NCBI GenBank assembly: GCA_949051815.1 | Contig: CARQVR010000006.1 | Location: 30,858 to 94,857, forward strand | Direction: 5' to 3' | DNA length: 64,000 nt | Origin: an uncultured Lachnospiraceae bacterium | GTDB taxonomy: Bacteria > Bacillota > Clostridia > Lachnospirales > Lachnospiraceae | In this document: positions 28,755 to 38,907 of the stretch, in pieces | How positions within the stretch are numbered: position 1 is the stretch's first letter | How the letters are laid out: each line of letters begins with the position of its first letter | The notes under the pieces: model-generated | The model's input: the letters and a program-made list of their open reading frames with translations, nothing else | Told to the model about the DNA's origin: nothing | Database searches by the model: none | Position numbers and translations under genes: made by a program

Positions 28755-28819
28755 TTGACTTTGCACACTTTAAGTAGTAGTATCATAGTATATCACATGT
28801 AGTTTTTAAAACCACATGT
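28755..28819 (+). promoter_or_regulatory. sigma-A promoter with downstream 25-bp palindromic operator
   Basis: TTGACT-17-TAGTAT, then ACATGTAGTTTTTAAAACCACATGT at 28795-28819. Confidence 0.6.
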
Positions 28820-28884
28820 ACCGGTTTGCACATGCAAAAGTGCTGTGAACAGGAAACTACTGAAAAGTAAGAGGAGTTGATTTT

Positions 28885-29535
28885 ATGCAGATTACCATTC
28901 GTGAACCCGGAAGCGCCATCACCCACTTTATCGGTATGATGATGGCCATTATCGCGGCTACGCCCCTTATGGTGAAGGCCGCCACGGACGCAGACCACGT
29001 CGTCTTTATCGCGCTCGCTGTATTTATATGCAGCATGATCGCCCTCTACGGTGCGAGTGCGCTCTACCACAGCGTCACCGTGAAAGACAGTATTTTAAAA
29101 GTATTCCGCAAGCTGGACCACATGATGATTTTCGTGCTGATCGCCGGTTCCTACACGCCGGTCTGCCTGGTGATTTTAGGCGACCGCCGCGGATATCTGC
29201 TTCTGACCACGGTCTGGGGCATTGCCATCGCGGGTATGCTCATTAAAATGTGCTGGATTACCTGCCCGAAGTGGTTTTCGTCGGTCCTGTATATCGCCAT
29301 GGGCTGGGCCTGTATCGCTGTTTTCGGCACGCTCTGGAACACCCTCTCGAGAGGCGCCTTCCTATGGCTCCTTGCTGGCGGCATTTTCTACACGGTGGGC
29401 GGCGTGATCTACGCGTTAAAGCTTCCCATTTTCAACGCGAGACACAAGAATTTCGGTTCCCACGAAGTCTTCCATCTGTTTGTGATGGGCGGAAGCGTGT
29501 GCCATTTTATCTTTATGTATCTGTATGTGGCGTGA
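28885..29535 (+). CDS. Hemolysin III (PAQR) family membrane protein
   Basis: REPGSAITH, SALYH, LDHMMIFVLIAGSYTP, HEVFHLFV. Confidence 0.93.
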   Translation: MQITIREPGSAITHFIGMMMAIIAATPLMVKAATDADHVVFIALAVFICSMIALYGASALYHSVTVKDSILKVFRKLDHMMIFVLIAGSYTPVCLVILGDRRGYLLLTTVWGIAIAGMLIKMCWITCPKWFSSVLYIAMGWACIAVFGTLWNTLSRGAFLWLLAGGIFYTVGGVIYALKLPIFNARHKNFGSHEVFHLFVMGGSVCHFIFMYLYVA

Positions 29536-29609
29536 CGGGATTTCCCTGATGGCACCTGCGCCAATTATCAGAAATCTGATAACCAACCTCACTGCGTTCA
29601 AAAGCAGAT

Positions 29610-29648
29610 ACAGCCCGGAATCCGCTGAAATACAGCGATCCGGGCTGT
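29610..29648. terminator. Stem-loop between convergent hemolysin III gene and galE
   Basis: ACAGCCCGGA...TCCGGGCTGT with inner CGCTG/CAGCG. Confidence 0.6.
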
Positions 29649-29664
29649 TCTAAAATTACCGTGG

Positions 29665-30681
29665 TTAATCCTCATACCCGTTCGGGTTATTGCTCTGCCA
29701 TCTCCATGAATCCGCGCACATCTCCCTGATGCCATACTGCGCTTCCCAGCCAAGCTCCCTCTTCGCCTTGTCCGCGTTCGCATAGCAGGAAGCGATGTCG
29801 CCCGCTCTTCTCTCCTTAATCACATAAGGAATCTTCACGCCGGTAGCTTCCTCGAAGTTCTTCACGATATCGAGCACACTGTAGCCCACACCGGTTCCCA
29901 GATTGTAAATGCAAAGCCCCGCATTCTCCTCAACCTTTTTCAGCGCTTTCACATGGCCAACCGCAAGATCGACCACATGGATATAGTCGCGCACGCCCGT
30001 GCCGTCCGGCGTGTCATAATCGTTTCCGAAAACGCCCAGCTCTTTGAGTTTGCCCACCGCAACCTGTGTGATGTAGGGCATCAGATTGTTGGGAATGCCG
30101 TTGGGATTCTCACCCATGGTTCCGCTCTTGTGTGCCCCGATGGGATTGAAATAGCGAAGCAGGATCACATTCCACTCGTCGTCCGCTTTTTGGATATCCA
30201 TGAGAATCTGCTCCAGCATGGATTTGGTCCAGCCGTAAGGATTCGTGCACTGTCCCTTCGGGCACTCCTCCGTGATCGGAATAATCGCCGGATCTCCGTA
30301 AACCGTCGCCGAGGAGGAGAAAATGATATTTTTTACATTGTGCTTACGCATCACATCCACCAGCGTCAGCGTACCTGCAATATTATTTTCATAGTATTCC
30401 CAAGGCTTCTGTACGGACTCGCCCACCGCCTTAAGTCCGGCAAAATGAATGCAGGACTCGATCTGCTCCTTCGCAAAGATCTGCTCCAGCGCGTCCCTGT
30501 CCAGAATATCCGCCTTATAAAACTTCACAGGCTTCCCGGTAAGCTTCTCCACTCTCTCAAGAGATTTTTCACTGGAATTTGCCAGATTATCCACCACTAC
30601 CACTTCATAGCCCGCATTCTGTAATTCTACTACCGTGTGGGAACCGATATACCCCGCACCGCCTGTCACTAAGATTGCCAT
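29665..30681 (-). CDS. galE: UDP-glucose 4-epimerase
   Basis: [39 protein letters not shown]. Confidence 0.97.
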   Translation of the reverse strand: MAILVTGGAGYIGSHTVVELQNAGYEVVVVDNLANSSEKSLERVEKLTGKPVKFYKADILDRDALEQIFAKEQIESCIHFAGLKAVGESVQKPWEYYENNIAGTLTLVDVMRKHNVKNIIFSSSATVYGDPAIIPITEECPKGQCTNPYGWTKSMLEQILMDIQKADDEWNVILLRYFNPIGAHKSGTMGENPNGIPNNLMPYITQVAVGKLKELGVFGNDYDTPDGTGVRDYIHVVDLAVGHVKALKKVEENAGLCIYNLGTGVGYSVLDIVKNFEEATGVKIPYVIKERRAGDIASCYANADKAKRELGWEAQYGIREMCADSWRWQSNNPNGYED

Positions 30682-30852
30682 AACCGCACCCTGCCTTTCT
30701 TTTCAGAAACTGTGTTTTTTGTTCTTAATGTAATTACAGTCTACATTGTTTTCCCTGTGTATTCAATACAGGAATGTTGCTTAAACCTGTCAAAATGTTA
30801 ACTGCTCCGCGCCTGCCAAAAGAAGCACAGACAAACCGTTTTCCTGCACAAA

Positions 30853-32079
30853 CTACAAAATGATTCCGTTCTCCTTACACAGCTCTCTTGCGCTCTCCAC
30901 CGAGTCAATGCCCGTCTTATTCTTGATGGGCGCAAACTCCTTATTCCTGACCACCTCATAAGGCAGGCAGGAATCCAGCTCATGAATCATGTCAAGCACA
31001 AGCTGCTCGAACTTATAGCCGTTTGGCTCCTCCGGCTTCACAAGCTCTCCCTTCTCATCCAGATAGGGAATCTTCTTCTCCACGATGTGAAGCGGGAGCT
31101 TCCTCGCCACGATCTCCTCCAAATCCTTCACCCGGAACAGATAATTTAAGATCACGCCGAAATGGTAGGCCGGCTTTCCGTCCTCCGCTTTCGCCTCCAT
31201 CAGCTCCGGCGTCATATCATAGTATTCCACGATGGACGGTCTTCCATCCTCCAGGCATACCGCGCCCACCTTCTCATCCGGCGCGTTCTTCGCAACCACC
31301 TTCTCGCCTACCGCGCTGCCTGTGGCAATCGTCGCGCCCACAAAGCAGGGATCGGCAATGCGCTGCAGTACGTTGTCCACGGCAAACACATTGAGCCACT
31401 CCACGCCCGCCTGCCGTATTTTGTCCGCCACGCCCCATTTTTTCATGGACAAAAACCACCCGCCGTTGCCGTTGGGGGAAGTGGACATTTTATTCTTTGC
31501 TTCCATATATACCTTCCCCGTATAATCGGAAGCCGGTGCCATGTCCTGCATGAAAAAGGTCACATAGTCCGCATTGTAGCCGAAAAACTTCTTTTCCTCA
31601 AAAAAACTGACAGTTGCGTCATGATTCTTGTCGCTGGTCATCACATAGAGCGGAACCCACGCTCCCGCCTGATCCACCACATCCATCAGGTTCTCAATCA
31701 GACGCTGGAAAATAAACACGTCCTTTGTCAGACCGATATTGTAAACGCCCTTCGGCGCGTCGGAGCCAAGTCTTGTCCCCATGCCGCCTGCAAGCAGCAC
31801 CGCGCCCACCTTGCCGGCCCGGATCGCCTCCAGACCGGTTTTCGTATACTCTTCTTTTTTCTCCTCGATCTCGGGAAGCTGCATCACCGCAATCGGCTCA
31901 ATCTTCCCTCTTGGATTCAATGTCTCTTTCTTTTCACAAAGCGACAGCACATCGAAATCCGTCTGCCCGATCTGGGTAAGCAGCGCTTCCCGCTCCTCCT
32001 CTCCCAGCTCCTCATAGTATTTCAGCACATGAAGCTGTCCGTACTTCTCCAGTTTTTTGTACGCCTCCTGATAATTCAT
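30853..32079 (-). CDS. UDPGP type 1 family uridylyltransferase (eukaryote-type UDP-GlcNAc pyrophosphorylase-like)
   Basis: LLAGGMGTRLG..PKG, SPNGNGG, VDNVL, EKVG, VEY, PNGYKFE, EFAPIKN. Confidence 0.85.
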   Translation of the reverse strand: MNYQEAYKKLEKYGQLHVLKYYEELGEEEREALLTQIGQTDFDVLSLCEKKETLNPRGKIEPIAVMQLPEIEEKKEEYTKTGLEAIRAGKVGAVLLAGGMGTRLGSDAPKGVYNIGLTKDVFIFQRLIENLMDVVDQAGAWVPLYVMTSDKNHDATVSFFEEKKFFGYNADYVTFFMQDMAPASDYTGKVYMEAKNKMSTSPNGNGGWFLSMKKWGVADKIRQAGVEWLNVFAVDNVLQRIADPCFVGATIATGSAVGEKVVAKNAPDEKVGAVCLEDGRPSIVEYYDMTPELMEAKAEDGKPAYHFGVILNYLFRVKDLEEIVARKLPLHIVEKKIPYLDEKGELVKPEEPNGYKFEQLVLDMIHELDSCLPYEVVRNKEFAPIKNKTGIDSVESARELCKENGIIL

Positions 32080-32230
32080 AATCCCTCCACTTTCTGACAC
32101 GCATGTCACAATCATATTCACCGACCCCCGGAACCGCGCATAGACATCATGCCTGTGCGCAAATAAAACCGCCCCGTGTTTTCCATTCTATCTTAACACG
32201 AGGCGGCTCCTCACTCAACAGGGAAATCCG

Positions 32231-32740
32231 TCAGAATATATCGGAATACGCATCTGCCCGCGCCCGGGTCTCCACTACCGCCTCCCCCTCCACTTCCACC
32301 CACACCGCAGGCTTCCCGCCGCGGGAAGCCAGATAGTAGTAGGAGGCCGGCCGGCCAAGGCCGTGACAGGCATCGTGCCATATCCCTCTTTTCAGGACTG
32401 CCACGTCTCCCGGACGCAGGATCAGTGCCCGCACGTCCTCTGCCTGCGGCGGCATATCCGCACGGGACGCGGCCACACACAGGACAATGGGATCCTTCGT
32501 GCAAAAGACCGCCTCCATGGTATGCTCATGCTTTTCCATCGAATGCACGGTGCAGGGCGCAGGCTGCCCGACGGTATAGCCCAGATGCGCCGGTGTGTCG
32601 AGTACAGGCAGGCAGGTCATATGGTCCTCATAGGAAGCGGCGCTGCTGTGCATGACACGCTCTTTGTCGTAAATCATATGATAGTGAATGCCATATTCGC
32701 TAAAGTCAAATTCTCCTATCTCTACCGCATGAATAATCAT
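32231..32740 (-). CDS. Ureidoglycolate-lyase (AllA)-like cupin
   Basis: MEKHEHTMEA...RGIWH pattern. True start is MIIHAV, overlapping the permease stop. Confidence 0.6.
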   Translation of the reverse strand: MIIHAVEIGEFDFSEYGIHYHMIYDKERVMHSSAASYEDHMTCLPVLDTPAHLGYTVGQPAPCTVHSMEKHEHTMEAVFCTKDPIVLCVAASRADMPPQAEDVRALILRPGDVAVLKRGIWHDACHGLGRPASYYYLASRGGKPAVWVEVEGEAVVETRARADAYSDIF

Positions 32741-33642
32741 TCGCTCTCCTTTCCAAGCTCTCCCAGATTCGTCAGACACATCACAAGCACTGTGATAATA
32801 TAGGGCGCCGTCAGCACAAGCTGCGAGGGAATGCTGAATCCCTGCAGGCCCACGGAAAGCGCGTCCGCAAAGGCAAAGATCAGACATGCCAGAAAAGATT
32901 TCAGCGGATCGCCCTTGCCGATTCTGGCTGCCGACACCGCCAGAAACCCTTTCCCGGCGGACATATTTTCCGTAAACATGGAAATGCCGCAAAGCGGAAG
33001 GCAGGTTCCCGCCGCGCCCGTCAGCACACCCGTGACAATCAGGGACGCCCACTTATATTTCAGCACAGACACTCCGGACGACTGCATCGCCTCCTCATTG
33101 TTTCCAACGCCCCTGATCCGAAGCCCGAAGGGCGTCCTGTACATGACGATCTGCGCGGCAATCACCGCCAGAAAAGATGCGTATACGAGAATATTCTGGT
33201 TGTTTAAAATCTCGCCGATAAAAGGAATCCGCTCTAAAAACGGGATCTGTACCGTGCCGAAACTTTTGATTCTGGAATCCATGACGGACCCTCTTGTGTG
33301 AAAAATATTGTACATCAGAAGCGTGGTAAATCCCCACGCACTCAGGTTCATGGCGATGCCGATCACGATGGGATCCGACTTAAAATGCAGGACAAAAATC
33401 CCGAAGACGGCGGACATAACGACGCCGGAAACAATGCCGAACAAAAGTCCCATCAGAGCGTTCTCAAACAGGTAGCTCCCCCATGTGGCAAAGAACGCGC
33501 TCGTGAGCACATAGCTTTCCAGCCCGATATTAAAAATTTTCGCCTTATGGCCGTAGGCGCTTCCCACCGCCGCAAAGGCAATCGGCGCGGACATGCGTAC
33601 CATCGCCGACAGCGTGGAAACGCTGAATAGTAATTGCAGCAT
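32737..33642 (-). CDS. Nucleoside-type ABC transporter permease
   Basis: FNIGLE, RTPFGLRIRGVG, SAGKGFLA, APYIIT. Confidence 0.88.
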   Translation of the reverse strand: MLQLLFSVSTLSAMVRMSAPIAFAAVGSAYGHKAKIFNIGLESYVLTSAFFATWGSYLFENALMGLLFGIVSGVVMSAVFGIFVLHFKSDPIVIGIAMNLSAWGFTTLLMYNIFHTRGSVMDSRIKSFGTVQIPFLERIPFIGEILNNQNILVYASFLAVIAAQIVMYRTPFGLRIRGVGNNEEAMQSSGVSVLKYKWASLIVTGVLTGAAGTCLPLCGISMFTENMSAGKGFLAVSAARIGKGDPLKSFLACLIFAFADALSVGLQGFSIPSQLVLTAPYIITVLVMCLTNLGELGKESE

Positions 33643-33646
33643 AGCG

Positions 33647-34738
33647 TTACGCCTCCTCTCTCTGCATACGAAGTCTGCGGATCTGACGTTTTTCCTGCAG
33701 CCGTCCGAACAACGCCTCATAGTCTATGGCAACAAGCAGCACGAACACGGATTGCAGCACCATGACCACCAGCCGGTTGGTTGACGTGGTACGCTCCATC
33801 TGGAAAGACCCCGCCTTCAACATGCCCCAGATCACGGAAATCAGAACCACCGCCAGCGGATTGTTTTTCGCGATGGAGGCGATCATAACGCCGTCCCATC
33901 CCAGATTCAGCGCGAAGGCGGGCCGGAACTTGCCAAAGGCTCCCGTCATCTCCGTGCCGCCGCACACGCCGCTGATAAATCCACTGAGCAAAAATATCAT
34001 GATAAAGGTTCTCTTGTAATTGATGCCGCCGTACCGGGAAAACCGCAGGTTCTCCCCCACCTGTTTCAGCTCGTATCCCTTCACCGTATAGCGGTAGAGC
34101 AGATGAATCAGAATCGCAACGCCGATGGCGATGAAGAACGCCGAGGTTGCGCTCGTCTTAGGTATGATGACGGATAGCCTTGCGGTGGGAAGCATGTCCG
34201 GTGTCGCGATGGCATCCGCCAGCTCCGACGCGTCAAAGCCCATATACTTAAAGACGAGATACTCCGTAAAAAGGTTGGCCGCATAGTTTAACATCAGGGT
34301 ACAAATCAGCTCGTTGACATGGAGCTTCAATTTCAGGATTGCGGGAATAAACGCAAAGGCCATACCCGCCAGACCGCCAATCAGAAGACAGACCGGTATA
34401 TGCAGAAAGCGGGGCAGGGAAAGGGCCGATCCCGCAATCGCCGCAGCGAATGCGCCGAAGTACATCTGTCCCTCGATTCCGCAGTTCCAAATACCGGATT
34501 TAAAGGCCACCACAGCGGCAATTCCCGTTATGATGCTCGGCGTCGCCCAGCGGATTGTGGTGCCGATGGCGCCGGGACTTCCCACGGAGCCGACGACCAT
34601 TGCCCGAAACGCTTCCACGGGACTGTTTCCCTGAGAGAGAATGATAAGCGCACCGGTCACCATAACAAGAATCACGGCAGTCACATATTTCAGTATTTCT
34701 AATTTTGCCGACAGCGTCAGCTTCCATTTTATCTTCAT
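33647..34738 (-). CDS. Nucleoside-type ABC transporter permease
   Basis: WNCGIEGQ, TLMLNY, GYELKQVGEN, GWDGVMIA. Confidence 0.88.
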   Translation of the reverse strand: MKIKWKLTLSAKLEILKYVTAVILVMVTGALIILSQGNSPVEAFRAMVVGSVGSPGAIGTTIRWATPSIITGIAAVVAFKSGIWNCGIEGQMYFGAFAAAIAGSALSLPRFLHIPVCLLIGGLAGMAFAFIPAILKLKLHVNELICTLMLNYAANLFTEYLVFKYMGFDASELADAIATPDMLPTARLSVIIPKTSATSAFFIAIGVAILIHLLYRYTVKGYELKQVGENLRFSRYGGINYKRTFIMIFLLSGFISGVCGGTEMTGAFGKFRPAFALNLGWDGVMIASIAKNNPLAVVLISVIWGMLKAGSFQMERTTSTNRLVVMVLQSVFVLLVAIDYEALFGRLQEKRQIRRLRMQREEA

Positions 34739-34755
34739 CACTACCCTCCATTGCT

Positions 34756-36270
34756 TCATTTCCCACCAAGCATATATAATCCGACTGTCTTTTCATCCAG
34801 CTTGGGCGTGTTCTCCAGATCGGCGGCGATCCCGCCGTTGTACATGACGAGAATCCTGTCCGACAGCTCCATCACCTCGCCCAGCTCGTGGCTGACTAAC
34901 AGCACAGATACGCCCTGCGCAGCGGCGTCAATGATCTTCTGCCAGATAAATTCGATGGCGCCCACGTCGATGCCACGGGTCGGATCCTCGATGATGAGCA
35001 GATCATTGTTTTGTGCAAACTCCCGCCCCACAATGGTCTTCTGAATATTGCCGCCCGACAGATCGCCGATCTTATCATGGATGTCCTGTACTTTTACCTG
35101 ATAATTATCCACCACGGCGCCCGTGAAGTCTGCCGCCTCCTCCCTGTCAACCAGCCACGGAATCCTGAACTTGTGGGCCACATGATACCCCATAATACAG
35201 TTTTCAATCAGACTCCCGTTCACGTTGCAGCCGGTGGAAATGCGGTCCTGCGGCACATAGCCGATCCGCTTTTCCCGCTTCTGTCTCGGGGTCGCGGCGG
35301 TAATGTCCGCACCCTTGTAGGTGATGGTGCCGCCGGCGGGTGTGCGCAGGCCGAAAATCGCCTCGATCAGCTCGCCCTGTCCAGAACCGGCCACACCCGC
35401 GATGCCGAGTATTTCTCCTCTGCGGACGGAAAAGGACACGTCCTTCACTTTCTTCGCCCCGTCGCTGCCAAGCGCACTCAGACGGTCGACGGTCAGAATC
35501 GGCTCTTCTATTTTCTTTTCCGGCTTTCTGGTGTTAAAAAGCACCTGCCGCCCCACCATCAGATTGGCAAGCCCGTGCTCGTCCGTCTCCTCCGGCCGCA
35601 GATTTCCCGTTACCGTACCGTTTTTTAACACCGTAATATAATCCGAAATCTCCATCACTTCCTTGAGCTTGTGGGTAATCAGAATCACCGTTTTTCCCTG
35701 CTTCGTCAGATAGCGTATGGCGCGGAACAGCCCCTCAATGCCCTGCGGCGTGAGCACGGACGTGGGTTCGTCCAGAATAATAATTTCCGCGCCCTTGTAG
35801 AGCACCTTGACAATCTCCACCTGCTGCAAAAGCGACACGGGAAGCTCTGACACCCGTTTTTCGAGAGGCACGGAAAACCCGTATTTTTCGGCGATCTCCG
35901 TGATATCTTTCGCAGCCCGCTTCTGATCCAGAAAGCAACCGTACTTTTTCGTCTCAAACCCCATCATCAGATTTTCCAGCACCGTCAGCTCGGGAAAAAG
36001 CATGAACTCCTGATGCACCATGCCGATGCCGCACTTGGTGGCGTCGTTGGGACTTCGGAAAACAACCCGCTTTCCCTCCACATGGATCTCACCGCGGTCA
36101 GGCTTATAGATCCCGGAAATAATATTCATCAGGGTGCTCTTGCCCGCCCCGTTCTCACCGATCACGGAGTGGACGGTACCGCGTCTCACGCTGAGGGTAA
36201 CGTCGTCGTTGGCGGTGAGCCTGCCGAAGTATTTACTGATATGCTTTGCCTCCAGAATCATGTCTCCCAT
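34756..36270 (-). CDS. Nucleoside/sugar ABC ATP-binding protein (two NBDs)
   Basis: GENGAGKSTL, ILDEPT, LSGGNIQK, PTRGIDVGA. Confidence 0.92.
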   Translation of the reverse strand: MGDMILEAKHISKYFGRLTANDDVTLSVRRGTVHSVIGENGAGKSTLMNIISGIYKPDRGEIHVEGKRVVFRSPNDATKCGIGMVHQEFMLFPELTVLENLMMGFETKKYGCFLDQKRAAKDITEIAEKYGFSVPLEKRVSELPVSLLQQVEIVKVLYKGAEIIILDEPTSVLTPQGIEGLFRAIRYLTKQGKTVILITHKLKEVMEISDYITVLKNGTVTGNLRPEETDEHGLANLMVGRQVLFNTRKPEKKIEEPILTVDRLSALGSDGAKKVKDVSFSVRRGEILGIAGVAGSGQGELIEAIFGLRTPAGGTITYKGADITAATPRQKREKRIGYVPQDRISTGCNVNGSLIENCIMGYHVAHKFRIPWLVDREEAADFTGAVVDNYQVKVQDIHDKIGDLSGGNIQKTIVGREFAQNNDLLIIEDPTRGIDVGAIEFIWQKIIDAAAQGVSVLLVSHELGEVMELSDRILVMYNGGIAADLENTPKLDEKTVGLYMLGGK

Positions 36271-36339
36271 AACCAAATACCTCCTCATCGCAATTTCCTG
36301 TCGGAACAAAAAACGTCACAATTTCCTAATGAAGGAATA

Positions 36340-36376
36340 AAACCTCCGGCGGCGCGGAAATGCCCTCCGGAGGTTT
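36340..36376 (-). terminator. Intercistronic stem-loop after the binding-protein gene
   Basis: AAACCTCCGG...CCGGAGGTTT 10-bp IR. Confidence 0.55.
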
Positions 36377-36380
36377 CCCA

Positions 36381-37466
36381 TTATTCGGCCATATCCTTCG
36401 TGACGTCAATCTCCCCTGCGCCTATGCCGTCAACCACATCCTTCACGGTTGTTTGAAGCGCCTCCGGCAGATTGTTAAATTCAATATCCGTATACAGTGA
36501 CAAGCCGTAGGAAAGACCGTACACCTTGTCTCCGCTCTCAAAAGTTCCCTTGAAGGAAGCGTCTCCCTCCATGTAGAGCGCCTCGTCGATGGGCTTAAGC
36601 GCAGACCAGATCACGCAGTCGCTGACGTCGCCCTGATAATCGTCGCTTCCGATACACTTGATGCCCATTTCCTCACAGCCGGAGATCACGCCAAGACCAC
36701 TCTGGGAGGCGGACTGGAAAATCAGATCCACGCCCTCATTCTGAATCATCAGTTTGGCCACCTCCTGCCCCTTGACCGGATCCTGATCGTCGCCCACATA
36801 AGCCACCGCAACTTCCACGGAAGGATCGGCATAGTGCACGCCGTTGATGTAGCCGTCGCGGAACTTCCTGCTGACGGGGCGGTCGGCATGGGCGATAAAT
36901 CCTACCTTTTTCTTCTCCGTCGTATTGGCCGCCACAACACCGGCTATAAAAGCAGCCTCGGAAGGGTCAACGGACACGGAGCTGACATTCGGCTCGTCGG
37001 TTTCCATATCCACGTCGCAGAGCACGAAATCGGTATCCGGGTATTCCGGCGCCAGTCTGAGCGCTATTTCGGACAGATCGCCCCACATCAGGTACACCGG
37101 ATTCGCCCCCATATCCGCCATCGCGCGGACCTGATCTTCATACTCCGCGCTGTCAAGTGTCTCCACGGTCCGAAGCGTTGCGCCCTGCTCTGCGGCCAGT
37201 CTGTCAAGACCTTTGATGGAGAGCGCGATAAAGGGATCTCCCACCGTGGCAGGCACAAGAAGACCGATGGTCTTTTCCCCGTCCTTTGCAGCCGGTTCGA
37301 TTTCGGGAGCCTGCGCATCCGGTTCAGACGTTTCCGCCGCTCCTGTCTCTGCACCTGCCCCGGCAGCAGGCGGCTCCGGCAGTTCCGGTTTGGAACCGCA
37401 TCCGGCCAGACATCCGGCCATCATTGCCATGGTCAATAAAGCTGCTGTCATTTTCTTCTTCATCAT
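36381..37466 (-). CDS. BMP/PnrA-family nucleoside-binding lipoprotein
   Basis: Lipobox LAGC, AFIAGVVAA, GLGVISG, IGSD.YQ, SALK. Confidence 0.85.
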   Translation of the reverse strand: MMKKKMTAALLTMAMMAGCLAGCGSKPELPEPPAAGAGAETGAAETSEPDAQAPEIEPAAKDGEKTIGLLVPATVGDPFIALSIKGLDRLAAEQGATLRTVETLDSAEYEDQVRAMADMGANPVYLMWGDLSEIALRLAPEYPDTDFVLCDVDMETDEPNVSSVSVDPSEAAFIAGVVAANTTEKKKVGFIAHADRPVSRKFRDGYINGVHYADPSVEVAVAYVGDDQDPVKGQEVAKLMIQNEGVDLIFQSASQSGLGVISGCEEMGIKCIGSDDYQGDVSDCVIWSALKPIDEALYMEGDASFKGTFESGDKVYGLSYGLSLYTDIEFNNLPEALQTTVKDVVDGIGAGEIDVTKDMAE

Positions 37467-37491
37467 TTACCTTCCTCCCTTTTGGTCTCTG

Positions 37492-38907
37492 TCAATTGGT
37501 TTCTGTATATTGCATGACGGCGTTCAGCGTTTTTTCCGATAACGATGTAATCGACTGGCTTTCCATCGTTCTGACATATGTGTCAAGCTGGTCTTTCAGG
37601 GGCGCGGTAAACTTCTGATCGAGTGCGCCCGCTCCCAGCATAACGCCGTAAGCATGTCCGATGGGGCCGCCGGTACAGTCATTGTCCTGCCCTGCCATCA
37701 TCAATACCGTCATTGCCTTCTGGAAGTCATTTCCGGCAAACCAGACTGCCGCCACCTCCGCCGCAAGATTCGGGTAAGTATGTACCCAGTTATATTTTTT
37801 GTACTTTTCCTCGCACAGCTCACACGCCTGTCTGTAATTGTCCGACGCTTCACAGGCTTTGTAAGCAAAATCCAGAACCGCGTACAGCTCGCTGTCCTTC
37901 GGAATCGCCCGGACCGCTTTGTCGAGAACCACCCGCATATCCGTCTCCACATAGGCCATGGATACGATCACCGCATTAAAGACCTCCCCCAGAATGCCGT
38001 TGTTGTGATGGGAAATTCTCCCGTCCTTCCAGGCAAGCTGCGCGGCCTTCCGGGGATTGCCCGGCGCCAGCGCGCCACAGACAGCCGCGCGCATCGCGGC
38101 GCCGATCATCTCCCGGTAGGGGTTGGCGAGATATCCGCTCTCCGGCGGATAAATTCCCTGACGCAGATGGTTTAACGCCACCTCCTCCGCCGTGTAGGCA
38201 AACGGAATATAACCTACCCAGCGGTCCGCGATATCCTCTGAGTCGACCTCAAAGCCTTTTTCGCAGAAGGCGTCCAGAAGCGCCAGTTCAAAGGTAATGT
38301 CGTCGTTTAACGTCTCCGGCGGCTTCACATAATCGGTAATCTCACCGAACACCTCCCAGATTCTCGATGATTTGAAGCCCTCCACAGCGGTTCCCAGCGC
38401 GGAACCTATGATCTCACCCAGCCATCCGCCGTGGATCTGGTCAAAAAGCCGCTCCCTGTCAGGCAGGCAGTAATCGGGATAGACCGGCAGCTCCACCGCC
38501 TTTTCATACTGTTCAAAACTCTCATAGACCGTATAATCCCAGTAAGGGTGTCCCGGAATCTTTTCCGCCTCCGCCAGCGCCTTAAACACTCTGGCATTGA
38601 TGATCTGCAGCCGGATCAGCTCCTCCTTTTCTATGGCGTCGAATGCCTCGGGAATCAGCCGCTCCGCCGCCTCCACATCGTAACCCATGCGCTGCATACT
38701 GGAGATGGCGCCCAGCATTTTGGAGTAGGGCGCCCTGGATTCCGGCAGGGGTTTTTCCCATGCGCCTTTTCCGCTTTCCAGCATCTGCGCCGCTTCCTCC
38801 AGCATCTTCCCTTCCAGAAGTCCGTCCCACTGGATCAAATCCGTTCTGTCTTTTACGGGCACCGCCCGACAGAACATTTCGTAATCGTATTCCCACGCGT
38901 GTTTCAT
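37492..38907 (-). CDS. ADP-ribosylglycohydrolase family protein with N-terminal extension
   Basis: GEIIGSALG.AVEG, NDDITF, IGAAMR, ISH, GQDNDCT. Confidence 0.85.
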   Translation of the reverse strand: MKHAWEYDYEMFCRAVPVKDRTDLIQWDGLLEGKMLEEAAQMLESGKGAWEKPLPESRAPYSKMLGAISSMQRMGYDVEAAERLIPEAFDAIEKEELIRLQIINARVFKALAEAEKIPGHPYWDYTVYESFEQYEKAVELPVYPDYCLPDRERLFDQIHGGWLGEIIGSALGTAVEGFKSSRIWEVFGEITDYVKPPETLNDDITFELALLDAFCEKGFEVDSEDIADRWVGYIPFAYTAEEVALNHLRQGIYPPESGYLANPYREMIGAAMRAAVCGALAPGNPRKAAQLAWKDGRISHHNNGILGEVFNAVIVSMAYVETDMRVVLDKAVRAIPKDSELYAVLDFAYKACEASDNYRQACELCEEKYKKYNWVHTYPNLAAEVAAVWFAGNDFQKAMTVLMMAGQDNDCTGGPIGHAYGVMLGAGALDQKFTAPLKDQLDTYVRTMESQSITSLSEKTLNAVMQYTETN

